Source of the DNA: Phoronis australis
Lineage: Eukaryota; Animalia; Phoronida
DNA: 64,000 bases
Direction of reading: 5' to 3'
NCBI GenBank assembly: GCA_002633005.1
Contig: NMRA01000018.1
Location: 242,291-306,290, forward strand
A program made the translations under genes and the position numbers. Within the stretch, counting starts at the first letter, position 1; the number at the start of each line of letters is the position of its first letter. Shown here piece after piece: positions 14,301-26,307 of the stretch. Under the pieces are notes generated by a model. That model saw nothing but the letters and a program-made list of their open reading frames with translations, made no database searches and was not told the DNA's origin.

Positions 14301-17300
14301 TTTAAGAATTAGATTTTTTACTTAATTTTTAACTTTAATTTTGTCCTGGTTTTAACTAACTTACCGGATGTGGCACTTTCAAAGTTTAGTGGTTGAGACA
14401 AACTTTAGACTTAAGTCATACATGAACTTAAGTCAGTTTCTTGGAGCGGGCCCCTGTGTCCGGTTGCATGAAACAGTCCCAAATAGGGACTCAACTAAGG
14501 TCCCTAAATCTTTTTCGTATTTGTTTCGTTCTTTTGGCACAGGTGTAATATTTTTTTCTATAATTTAATCTTTATTATGAGCTCTTCTTTTTCTAATGAC
14601 ATTTTCTAATAACATAACTAAAAACTGAGCCCTCAATTCAATCAAAACAGTTAGGGACTTAGTCCTTAAATTGGGGGCGTTGCATGAAAAGATCCCTACT
14701 TATTTTCACTCTCGATTTGTATCAAAGCCAAAAATTGGCATAGTAATGATACTCAAACAGCATAAGATAGGACAATCAGTGTTTTCACAAGCCCACAAAT
14801 ACGTAGTAGATTTAGGGACCTTAGTTGAGTCCCTATTTGGGACTGTTTCATGCAACCGGGTACTGGACTCTAAATTTGACATACCAGACCGACGGCGGGC
14901 TTGCACGGCCTTATGTCAAGCGGTTCAACAACCGAGGGAGTCGAGGGGCTGCTCACCAAAGAAAAACACAATCGCGCAAAAAAACGATTGACAAAAAAGC
15001 TCGAAACAACTCCCCAAATTGTTACCTGAACTCTTGTGCTCAACTTTGATTGTTCCTTGACACGTATCATGTATGTAATTCGCAATACCATGCGTGTCAA
15101 AACAATCGCTCATCGCCTACACCTAGGATCATTATATAAATTCCCGACTGGATGGTCGTCTTATTTGTTTGTGGCTTTATCTACTGAAAACAGTTCAGGG
15201 TTCATTAAATTATAGTAATTTATTTTGACGTGTGATCGAAGATAATTCGAGTATTTAGGTGACCCGCTTTCACCAGCTGTTCTCGAATGTCAGTTGCAGC
15301 CGGTTTGAACTTTTGCATACATTCTTCACACTTTTCGATAATACACAGAGTCTGTAACGCATTTTTATGTAAACATTGTCAAATTGACCGGGATGACCAC
15401 ACGTGTACACTAGCTGTGCCGTAAGCGGCAATAGCTAACGCGCCCCGTTCATTATTGTCTTGTAAACCGCTGGCTCCGGTGTTAAAAATCAATTATCTCC
15501 ACAGGTGTATCTCCGCTTCTAAAGCAAATTCAACGCGTTCTTCGTAAATAGGATTTTTTTCGCCAATGGGAACTGAAACTAACCCGCCGCGACAATCAAC
15601 TTAAAGGCCTCGTGTGAAGCAGTAGAGACCTCTCAAGTCTCATCAAGCCTAGACATTATTTTTTAATCACAGTAAAAAAACAACTTGATGCCAATTTTAT
15701 ATCACTTAAGGATCTGAGTCAAATATGTGATTTTTGCCCCTTTGAGTAATCTTTTTCTGGCCAATTTCTGTTACTGTCAAGAATGCACGTGGTGTTAAAA
15801 TTCTGCGCTTACTTTTTGTAACAAATCTTCCTCCATTGTGCTTAATTGCAATTGTCTGAATCTACTTATCTGCCTTAAGCGAATTTATTCACAGCGACGG
15901 CTATCTGCGCAAGGACCTCTAGGCTCTGTAGTATTTTCACCCAGACTGTAGTATGCGCATCCTATTTTTTAGAAGGTTGTCTGGCTCAAATGAATACGAA
16001 TATCGTCACATTTTGTTTTGTTTTACCTGGCACTTGGTTCTAATCTTTCTACTTTAAATCGAACTCGAAAGTGTTTTTGGTTTTTGGCATTTTCCATTTG
16101 CTTTTGTGCGAACTGAAGACAATTGTACATTACTGTGTGCTTGGGTACATTGTGGTTTATGCAAATGAGTTCCTGATCTAAATTCACATTTGATGACCAC
16201 TAGATTCGAGCTAAATATTGAGAAAAACCTCGAAATTTCGAGTTCAGCCTTGAACTTTTTGCTTCAACGATTGGAACTAGGATTAGGCATTTATACGCGT
16301 AAGCCGTTTCGTACTCGAGCATAGTATAACAGACAACTAAACAGCAACAACAACCGAATCACTGCCACAATTCACATCAAGTACTTCCGCGGTCATAACT
16401 GGTGATTTTGTTATGCTGAAATAGTTTTTCTAGGACAAGATCGTGCTGTTGTTATTAAAGTTCAGCACGACTACCAGGAAGCCATGCTTCCTCTTAACAT
16501 TTTATTTCGATGCCTGTAACGACCGCTAATGAAAAGCTGTTCTTCCTTGGGTACTTTATTTAAATCGCACAATGAAACTTATGCCAGTGAAAACATTACT
16601 TGGTTTGTTCTATTATAGAAACAAAAGGCATCCTTGGTGCTGGTTTGTATCCCGTCTAATACCGAGACCTGTGATTACCGACAAAAGTAAAAACTAATAG
16701 CATAGCGTACGACCTAATCAATTTGATCACGACTGCTTTTTCGTTTTTGAAAAGCTGCACAAAGGTATGTATGCAAGGTTTGAAACGCCAAGCAATGCAT
16801 AATTACATGTTAACGAGGCAGCAGTTCTCCATTATGTCCACAGAGCTTGATTAGTCGGCACAGAAGGCGATGCACTGTAATGATAAAAGTGATCGTCATC
16901 TTGGCGGCGCAAAATCATACCGCAATACTTGTTACGATTTGCAGGTTGCGTTTGTGCTTCTATGTGTTATGTATAATAAATTACTTTATGTCGCTTAGAC
17001 CCTATTCTGGTGTTTCTTCGAATTCGACCGCCAGTCGTTTTTGCTGCACTTCCCCCGTCAAGACAGCAAACCTATAGCGGCACCCCCCAGGACGGACCCT
17101 ACCCCAAGCTACACCACTACATCCATTTTACTTTTCGGGTTATTTTCAAAACCATAAAGGCGTGCTTTCGGATTTGGAAATAACCAAAATTGATTTTGAG
17201 TCGCACTGGTGTCATGTCACAGCCTACAATCGAGCGGCGGCTTCTACAGTCACGTTGTTGGAAACAGCGCATGCCAAGACTGAATTGTTCAGTTACAGAC

Positions 17301-20300
17301 TTTCATTCTGTTCCAAAACAAGTTTATGAATATAATCCGCCTGTCTTCGCAGTTGTACGAACCAATTTCCGACCTAGTTTGCACCGTTGTAGATAAGCAT
17401 AGCACGGTCTCGTGAAACTGGCTTATTTTTCCATTCATGGTGTTGTGTAGTTGTCTCACGTCACAACCCTGCGTGTCATCAGCATCAAAGAGTCTGTGCC
17501 AGCCAAACTCTTTTACTGAATGGTAGGGCCGTAGAAAGCACTAGGGATGGGACACAAGCAACGAAGAGCCGCCTTCCATCATCTACGACCCACATGTGTA
17601 GTTAGTTCATACCACTAAAATCCAATGCGGTTTTAGCTTTAATTTCCATTGAAACAGCATTACCATGCTTTTTCGTAGCTGTGAACGTTAAAAAATCATC
17701 GTCAAAGTATTGTTGTTTTCTTGCCATAAGGGTTGAAATTCACACCTTTTTTCTTTTACACAAGTATTGCATTTGCCTCTGAGAAACAATAAGCCCGAGA
17801 AAATGAGACACAAGTCCACTAACAAACGTGCAATTCACGGTGATGCGCCCGTTTTTTTTTCTTTTTTTTTAGTCCGCCCGCTTTTTTGTTCCCAAAATGT
17901 CCACATCGTCCGAAATTCGAGAATTCGAGCCCCCATATAGAAGGCTGGGTGCGCGCATGGTAATATATCATATGTCACATTTTAACTGATTTCCCATCAC
18001 GCGTTCCAGGGCGCATTCACAAATGTGGCAAGCATTATAATTTAGTATGCCTGTCTTCCGCTCAATCCGTCATTCCACTCCCCCATCTCTAATTCCTATC
18101 ATCTTACTCACAATTTACCTATGTAAGGAATCACCCCTGGCCCCTTGTAATTTAGTACATCCTAAAGATCTGCAAAAAATACGACTAATTCCTCAATAAC
18201 CAGTGCTATTTATGTATTTTTACACTAATAACTTCTTTATTACCTCTATCCAATATAAACCAGTCAGAGATGTTAGAACTCCCACGTACTTGGACCAGTA
18301 TTCTGCCAATATTCCCGAATGAATACAGCTTAAACTTGCAAGTCCCAAGTACAGTAAGTTACAAATTGTTTCAGCCTGGTCAATCAACCGGCTAAGACAT
18401 CTGATTGGTTTGTAAGCCGGAAGTTGTCATCAAGAACCAATCACATGTCTTAGCAGGTTGACCAAGCCATACCGAATGAGTAAATTAAGTACAGCCACGC
18501 TGTACATTCTCTCTCACCAGAGTTTTAACTAATTCCATAACAATCAATTATTTCTCAATTCGCCATGTTCTCAACTGCTTCACATGAAATTGAATCTAGA
18601 AAGTTGTCCTTCCAATACCTCTCCCTCCCTCCCTCCCTCCCTCCCTCCCTCCCNNNNNNNNNNNNNNNNNNNNNNNNNNNNNNNNNNNNNNNNNNNNNNN
18701 NNNNNNNNNNNNNNNNNNNNNNNNNNNNNNNNNNNNNNNNNNNNNNNNNNNNNNNNNNNNNNNNNNNNNNNNNNNNNNNNNNNNNNNNNNNNNNNNNNNN
18801 NNNNNNNNNNNNNNNNNNNNNNNNNNNNNNNNNNNNNNNNNNNNNNNNNNNNNNNNNNNNNNNNNNNNNNNNNNNNNNNNNNNNNNNNNNNNNNNNNNNN
18901 NNNNNNNNNNNNNTCTCCTCCGCCCGCCCCGGCCCTTCCTTCCCTGACTCATTTCCACCTACTGGTTTCCTCGAATCCGCTCATTCGAGTTTGATTTTCG
19001 ACGAACAAATACATGTCACAACCACAAACAGATTATGATATAGAAACCTCCACTGTCGTGTTTCGTTTCAGGAATAAATTGGATGATCAGAAAACTGGCG
19101 TTGAAGGCGAAACCGGAATGCACGATAGAACGCAAAGGAGACCACTGGAGAATATCAACAAAAACTGGCTTCTTCACACGAGAGTCAGAGTTTAACATCG
19201 GAGAAGAGTTTGATTCCGAAGACGCGTCCAGCACTAAGACAAAAGTGGGGATTTTTCGTTCTTAGTCAATTAAGAGTGCTAACCCCCTGTACATTAACTA
19301 GCATTTGTTTCAAGTCACTTAGGGCCTATCGTGAAATTAGTCTCAACTTGTTTCTTGGCCAGATTAGAAGTGGTGATTTTGTGGCGTGGGAATAATTAGG
19401 TGCTTGGAGCCACTGTTCTGCGTATGACCAGCCAAGTGAAGACAACTTGCTGAGAGCCTGGTTAAAGCAACAACGGGCTGACAGTTCTTATGAAGCCCAG
19501 AAATCGCTTCCAATAAGTACGGAATAAAGGGAAACTAGTTTTATAAGGATACATGTCTAAATCAATGGTTGTTTAGGTTTGACAGAAAGCGGGGTTTATC
19601 GGACGGCTTTAAGATGTATTTGCATGCTTCTATAACCACGCTAATGTATAGCAGTAACTTAACGACACCTTGCGTACGCCTATATTCTTAGTTAAATCCC
19701 GTATAATGTTTGACTCGTAATCTTGCTTACAAACTAAATTGTCAAAATTACTTCCAAACTAATTAAAAAACACAAAAACCCACAGACATTTCTCCCTATT
19801 AGTTAGTGTTCATAAGTTAATTGGCGTAATGTGTGACATTTCCCGGTTTGGCACAAGTGACTTGTCGTCAAGTAGACACCCGGTGATTACTATCTGACAT
19901 TTATTAATTTGTCGGATTTGCGATTTTAGTTTTGAAACACTATGTGTGCTTACAGTCAATGCATGGCAAATGATTTGAATGTGAGGGCATATCAAAAGTA
20001 AAACGTTTATCTTAATTAAAAAACTCACAACTTACACAAAACGAAAACGAAATAATAATTTAGAGAGCTGTAACAGTGTTTTTGAGATTTCTTGAACACG
20101 TCTTGAACACGTCTTGGACACGTTTTGGACACGTCTTGGACACGTCTTGAACACGTCTTGGACACGTCTTGGACACGTTTTGGACACGTCTTGGACACGT
20201 CTTGAACACTTTGGTATTGTTATGTTTTGCTATGAATGTACCTTTCCTTTTTACTAATTTCTCTAAAAAGACATGGTCACGTGACCCAATTAAAGACAGA

Positions 20301-22604
20301 TTGGTAAAAAGTCATAAGCAAATCTTACGGGCTTTCTACTTTCAGAAAAATACATTTTTACTGGATTGAACTGTATTGTTTTGTAGACATTTGTCGAAAC
20401 AGACATACTCCTCGATTAGACTCTCTTGATTAGTTTGTTGACGTTCTCGTGAATATGTACTTTCCTCTTAGTGTGCGAATTATTTCTCTCCTCTAACACC
20501 TAATATGATGAATTTGAAAAAGGCTGTTACACTCTGTGGTTTCAATCGTTTTCTTGCTACGACAGCAAGTAGTTAGAGATGACCTACAACTGATATGAAG
20601 TGGGCCAATTTTGGATGTTGGTGTGCCCCGTCAGCCCTGCTTGTCGTCACTCGCAGTTTTTTTTACTTTCCCTTGTCCTGAATGATCTGTTTGGAGATGA
20701 GAAAAATTCCTTGTGGTATGGAAACGTTCGAGACATACCTTGTGTGTTTAAATAATCTGATTTCTCAATAATTTGGGTTTTAGGTAGTTAGTAAAAAGTA
20801 ATGGCTTTTTAAATTGTCAAAATCAGGTGCAAATAATTTTACCGACACACTACAGAATACTGCAACGCCTCAAGGTTTCTAGTCGTGGTTTACTCTGCAG
20901 TCAAAAACAGTCCTGAAAAAATCAAACTCGGCTGAGGACAAAACGACCGGTCGTTTGCTTTATCTGTCGAATTATTTGTTGGTTACGAAGCAAAAGTTTC
21001 TCTGTTGGGAGCACCAGACAGGTATATACACAATGGTCAAACCCTGCACTTGAAGGAACTCCGTATTCACGAGGTGTCAGTTCCTTGATAACTACATGTA
21101 ACTAGATGATAAATCCACCAAGTTTTTAGAAGGTTTCGGAATCAGCAGTAACAAGTTATTTAAGAATTGTGATGCAGATCACACGGGTTTACGTTCATGA
21201 AGCTAGCCCAACCGATTTTAAGGCCAATATTTGCAATGAATAACGACTTCGTTACGACTGAAATGAAAAACTTTAAACATTTTTGCCAATATGAACTAGA
21301 AACGGTCGCTAATGTTTAGTCTACATTGTGATAGTTATCCGTGCCTCACAGGTTAGTGAAACCTCACCACCGACTGTCGAGGTCCAAAGAATTACTAATT
21401 TGAGTAAGACCATCAATCATATGATCGATTAATACAATTATCAAGCGTGATCAAAGGCAGCGGAGATATATTTGAGATAGTGCATGGAGGGTTGCTTTTC
21501 AAATTATTCAAGATTACAACACAAATTGTTATCAAAGCCAGAATGGAATTAATGAGGAAGTTACTGACAGACAAACACGTTATATAGTACGATCTAGTGT
21601 TGTCACAACGCAGGCAATATTGCATGTTGTGTTTTGTAAGATAGAATCAAGGCTCTTTTTTCAGAGTACAGCTGCTTTTGACGGAGAAAAGTTAACCATC
21701 AAGTCCAACCCTGCCGAAGGACAAAAAGGATTTTATGAAATAGCCACGCGCGAAATCACTGAAGATGGGCGCTTAGTGCTGGTAATATTTGAAGGTTATT
21801 TTTTGGCTGCAGGAAACAGCCGTGCAGAGAGTGCAGTAGGCTTACTTATGAATCCCAAGCAATTCAAGGTCGCTGTTTGCTGCATTGAATAGCATAAGTA
21901 TTTCTACAGGGAGCACTTACCTTGAACTTACGTGGAAAAAAATATTTGTAGACAAATATTTCTTAAGTGCAAAAGATGCAGTAACCTCGCTAAAATCTAC
22001 GGAAGGTTTATTTGCTACAATTACCTTTGAACTATCTTGGCTGACCATTTGCGATCTTCGTCGGTTCACAAACCATTTGAAATTCTTTAAAAAATGTCAA
22101 ATACAAATGTCAGATGACTGTTTTGTCTAGGAAATTCCCTTCTCAACTTTAGGAAGGTGTCACTGCAACGCTCTAATCACAGGAAAAACAATTTGTTCCG
22201 CACCAGTAAAACCAACGTTGTTAGAAAGATTTGCGCAATCTAGTTAAGGTTTGATTGCACAAAAATAGCATCTGGTTTTGTATAGGTAATGAACCGTCAA
22301 TCAGTATCAGCAAATTCACAATTGCGAAAACATGCGGTAAGAAAAAGGATTACGGTAGGCGTATGCTTTAATTGTTCTGAAAATGTCTGTCGACACCATC
22401 TATTGAGAAAAGAAAATCGACAGTTTAGGAATGCACGTAAGGGAGGGTTCTACGTACATCGGTTTTGTACCTTTTGAAAGTCAATGTCGCTAATTATAGA
22501 CAAGTCCTGAATTCTAAACTCGTTCCTGCATATTTCAGACAATGGATGTGGACCCGGAGGGTGAAAGAGTGGTGTGCAAGCGAATTTTCAAGAAGGAAAA
22601 TTAA
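2264..22604 (+). CDS. Intracellular lipid-binding protein (FABP/CRABP/CRBP family), 146 aa; join(2264..2348,19072..19244,21665..21781,22539..22604)
   Basis: Spliced translation MAPGNEVDFNGKWKLCDSENFEGFLEKMGINWMIRKLALKAKPECTIERKGDHWRISTKTGFFTRESEFNIGEEFDSEDASSTKTKSTAAFDGEKLTIKSNPAEGQKGFYEIATREITEDGRLVLTMDVDPEGERVVCKRIFKKEN. It has the GxWxLxxSENF, FxIGEEF, TREI and VCKRIF motifs, and the canonical iLBP 4-exon layout (intron phases 1,0,0), all GT-AG. Confidence 0.95.
4488..4744. mobile_element. Tc2/pogo-like MITE
   Basis: TA-CCGTAAACTCGC ... GCGAGTTTACG terminal inverted repeats; internal repeats GTAATCGCCCATCCC and TAAGCGCCC; a related right end at ~59732-59800 (...AATACGGTA). Confidence 0.7.
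5401..5527. mobile_element. Short palindromic MITE-like element (related copy at ~18375-18470)
   Basis: TCGCCGGTTCCACC ... GGTGGAACCGGCGA inverted repeat; internal TAAGA(T/C)ATCTGATT/CCGGAAGT/ATGTCTTAGC segments recur at 18375-18470. Confidence 0.6.
6748..6891. mobile_element. ~145-bp MITE family A, copy 1
   Basis: GTTCAGTAAC(A/G)CTAG ... CTAGCGTTACTGAAC inverted ends; near-identical to 54826-54969. Confidence 0.75.
8913..9752. repeat. ~420-bp tandem duplication split by a single N (likely assembly/haplotype artefact)
   Basis: 8913-9331 vs 9333-9752 differ by only a few bases; junction is N9332. Confidence 0.85.
10385..12114. repeat. 254-bp duplicate flanking the assembly gap (10385-10638 vs 11861-12114)
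   Basis: Copies differ by about 3 substitutions; gap 10833-11624 lies between them. Confidence 0.85.
14217..14453. mobile_element. Harbinger/PIF-like MITE 1
   Basis: GAGCCCGTTCCAAGAAAACTAACTTA ... TAAGTCAGTTTCTTGGAGCGGGCCC inverted termini, followed by CTG. Confidence 0.65.
14457..14862. mobile_element. Harbinger/PIF-like MITE 2 with CTG target-site duplication
   Basis: About 52-bp perfect TIR (CCGGTTGCATGAAACAGTCCCAAATAGGGACTCAACTAAGGTCCCTAAATCT and its reverse complement at 14808-14859); CTG on both flanks. Confidence 0.8.
18618..18653. repeat. (CCCT)n microsatellite running into the gap
   Basis: Direct inspection. Confidence 0.9.
19072..19244 (+). CDS. iLBP coding exon 2 (173 nt)
   Basis: tttcag| acceptor; INWMIRKLALKAKPE...GEEFDSEDASSTKTK; donor AAA|gtgggg. 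Confidence 0.92.
20090..20209. repeat. 11-bp minisatellite (TCTTGGACACG) x ~11
   Basis: Direct inspection; variants TTGAA/TTGGA and GTCTT/GTTTT. Confidence 0.95.
21665..21781 (+). CDS. iLBP coding exon 3 (117 nt)
   Basis: ttttcag| acceptor; STAAFDGEKLTI...TREITEDGRLVL; donor CTG|gtaata. Confidence 0.92.
22539..22604 (+). CDS. iLBP coding exon 4 (66 nt incl. TAA)
   Basis: tttcag| acceptor; TMDVDPEGERVVCKRIFKKEN*. Confidence 0.92.
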   Translation, partial: TMDVDPEGERVVCKRIFKKEN

Positions 22605-24187
22605 CACGTTATCGAGAACTGTTGGCAAAAGATATGAATGTGCAAAAAAATTGATGTCGAAAACTCGTAAAATGCATCGTCGCCAGAGCAGTGGATTCGA
22701 GACGAGCTCGCTTGCAAATATATGCGTATCTTTCGATCCCGAAGGCACTATTCCAGGAAGCCGTTTCAAGCGTTAGAGAGTAACGCATTGCGCATCATAA
22801 TTAGTGAAAGATTGATTGGTCCATTGAAGTGGCCTTTTTGTCGATTCGGACTAGCATAAGAAACAGGGTCGTTTGTTTTAGTCAGGGAAGTGTTAGCTTG
22901 AAGAGACAGACATAAAAGACCGGTTGTCAATCAATACCAATTCAGACGGCACATTTCAGAAATTACTACCCGCGAAAATGAGAGATGCGTGTTCTGAATC
23001 TGATGTCTATTCAATTATATTTTTGACGAGCGTGCCGCTGGGAAATTAGGATACTCACCCCTTTATAGAGTCGCAAGATGAAACCCCAGCCTTTTGGAGA
23101 GTAAGCAGCACCATTGAATGGGAGTCCGTTGTTGTGAGTGTTTGTGAAAGAGTAACCCTTTCGTGTCTGTGAAACAGTAACCCTTTCGTTGGAGTTCGTA
23201 AGTTTAGTGCAAGGCTTAAACTCTGCGAAATGTTTATTGAATGCACAATAGAAGACCCTTCTCTAATATTCTGTCGCCAAAATGGACATTGTTTCAATTT
23301 CCATCTCATACATGAACCCTTACTTGGGGAATTTAATCAGGGAAGACTCCCTTTCCGTAAAAAAATACGACACTGAAAATCTACCCATCCGTGAGGCACG
23401 TGCATCCCGTCTATTCTGCCTATTTACCCCGGACTTAGAAGAAAAAGGAGGTAGAGTGGTTCAGTGGTGTTATGCGACGCGCATAATAAGAGATCGTTTG
23501 TTTTAATAACACCAGACTGCCCTACTCGAGTCGTATTTGTCGTTTTAAGGTGTATATGTGTGCTAGTAGGTACGTGAGGTTGAGACTTTTGACGGAGAAC
23601 ATGCATGAGGAATTATTTAAAAAATGAAAATTATTTAAAACTACGGCTCTGAGAAGAGCTACGGAATCACAGACTTATGTCTCTTTAAAATATATAAGCA
23701 TTCAAGAGACGATGCTAAGTAAATCCTGCGGCGCAAACGTCACTGTTTTTTATCCCTAAACCAATTATCAAATCTATAAAAAGCCACCTATGCTGTGGGA
23801 AAATTCAATTATGAATTAAAAACGATTTTATTAGAGCTATGTGATGAATTTTGAATAATTTGGCTGAATGCACGAAAAACATCACGTCTGATAAATGAAG
23901 AGTGTATATTTACAAACTTGCAGTTTAAAACAATATATCAATCTTCTTGAAAGTTTTTGCTCAAAACGCTGAAATTTTTCTACGACCTTTTTACGTTTTT
24001 CCAGTGCCCACGGTTAAAGAAAGATTTCAGGGGCATGTTTCATGCAATAGACTTAAACCAGAAATAAATTTTACACTCTACACAACTATTTCCAACATTA
24101 AATCTCTCTTCAGTTACGTTAAAAACGTGCAAATTCCGTGAATATACCCAGAGACAGTTTATATAGACATCGGCTATAAGTAAAGTC

Positions 24188-24335
24188 CAGTGCCGTAGTG
24201 GTAAAATTAGAGGTAAGTAGGCGCCCAAAGCCCACCGTAAGCACTGAACGTAACTTACGGTGCGTAGGCGCTACGTTCAAATGCCAAAAGGTGGTTGTCT
24301 GCGCCTACGTGCGCCGACGCCCCACTACAGCACTG
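24188..24335. mobile_element. 148-bp hAT-type MITE with perfect 8-bp TSD
   Basis: CAGTGCCGTAGTGG ... CCACTACAGCACTG termini; GTAAAGTC duplicated at 24180-24187 and 24336-24343. Confidence 0.88.
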
Positions 24336-26283
24336 GTAAAGTCCTGACAAAAAGGCGTCTACATGACAAAATAATTTCGTAACTAAAGAGGGACCGTACA
24401 ATTTTCTCACCAGAACAGTCACTGTTTCCCTGGGTTTCTCCTGGAGTGTTTTGTTTGAACTGCACGACTAGCCCCAGAGCAATCTAAAAATCCAAACTTG
24501 TTTGCACTGCCTGTTCAATCTGTCCCCTGGTTGTCGAGAACTACCAAATGGAAACCCAATCAGCAGACCGCAAGACAGTCTTTCAGATGCTATTCAAAGT
24601 TGCTGTGATTTTAGTTAATAGTTCACCCGGATTTTTAAAAAATCGAAGAGACATCTCCGGCAATTTCTCTGGCTGAAAGACATTCCGAAGGGCTTATTTT
24701 CTCAAAATTCTATGCTTAATGAGGCATGAATTGCTTAGCATTGTTCACCATCAGAAAAGATCCAAGCCTAATAAAACCTGCCCAACTCTAACAATAGATC
24801 AGCCCTGAGTGCAAGTCCCATTCGAGCCCAAGGATTTTGATGTTAGGATATACAGCTTTCCTGGAGCTCTGGGGTAAAAATGCATGAATTTCTGTAGAAA
24901 TTTGAGCAAAATCTGTAACTATAAAATTTTACTATGTGAAAAACCTGCGGGAACTACAAATTGCAGAAATAATGTGAAGTGAAATATGAAATGAAATGTG
25001 AAATCAGTATAACTGCTATTTATTCTAGTGTGTTGTAGCAATGAATGTAGAAAGAATCTCATATTTCTTTAATGCACTTTCCTTGTTTTATTTATCTAGT
25101 GACATGTTTATGTAACAAACATATTCAAACCCAATACTTCAAGCACTTGATACTAATCAATAACTTACTTAAAGGTCAACCTCATTAAAACGACATTTCT
25201 ATGCTAATAATCACAAACAGGAATGATTGAAACAAAAACATTACAAACACATCACTACTTCAAGATATACTAAGCCTGTTTTCCGAGGCATGTAAATCAA
25301 ACTAAGATAAAACAGGTTTGATATATTTTCCCACAACAGAAATACTGACTACCAGTTCCACAATACTATAATCATAGAAAACACAGAAGTGTTAAAACCT
25401 ATCTTTAACCGTAACAACAGTAAATTTGGTTACTACAGTATGTTTAGAGCATCGCACTGAGCCCACTAGTTACATAAAATTGCCAAATGTAACCAACTGT
25501 TAGGCCTATTGGCTTGCTTTTGTCAACCTCACCACGAGAATCACCTTTTAATTCAAACAGCTGCGAATAAGGCCCACACACAATGGTGGACACCTATTCT
25601 ATACAACCTTTTTGTTGTTTATACTGGGATCTCATGGTGACGCAACATGGAACGAAAAGGCAGCTTCACTCGCGTTTTCTTATTTTACTAAGGCTTTGCT
25701 AGGACTATCTGGTTAGCCCAATACATTTAAAATAACAAAATTCCGTTGACGTTAGGCTTTAATTTCGCCTGACTTTAGACCTGGAACAATTTCTCAGGTG
25801 ACAAGGGGCAAAATCAACACAAATCACCAATGACTATTGAAACATACATGCGCCAAAAAAGCTATACTAGTGTCAAGTGATGATTATTATAAGAAAATTT
25901 TCACTCACAGACAAAACAATACAAATAAAGACTTTTAACTGCTTATAGGCTTGGGATAAATTCCAAACATCCTAGTGAGTGCAAACGCTGGAGGTGATAA
26001 ATCATTTAATACCCAGATTCAGCACTAACTGACACCAGCAAACATGAGGTCAAAATACATCAACAACAAGAAGGGAGTATTCTTTTAATTATCCAAGTCA
26101 CTACTTACATTGAAACTATAACCCAAGTCAGGTGCAAATAAACTAACAATATGATACACCCTACAATATCCTGTTGTTGTATTTCCACATAGAATCTCTT
26201 TGTCTTATACACATCTCCTCAGTTTCATCAATATTCATATTAGCTGACATATTGCACAATCCACTGTCACTTGTAAGGGTCAG

Positions 26284-26307
26284 TCACTGGCTACACTTCC
26301 CCACAGG
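26284..26307 (-). CDS. TRAPPC11: TRAPPC11 terminal coding exon 28 (predicted)
   Basis: tttttgcag|PVGKCSQ*; phase 0 and begins PxG like the vertebrate C-terminus. It is short, so less certain. Confidence 0.72.
   Translation of the reverse strand, partial: PVGKCSQ

Noticed and set aside
18565-19038. ORFs of 120-157 aa
   Set aside because: They consist of the (CCCT)n repeat plus the N gap.
20090-20209. Regular repeat array as a possible CRISPR
   Set aside because: Contiguous 11-bp units with no unique spacers, located in a eukaryotic intron.
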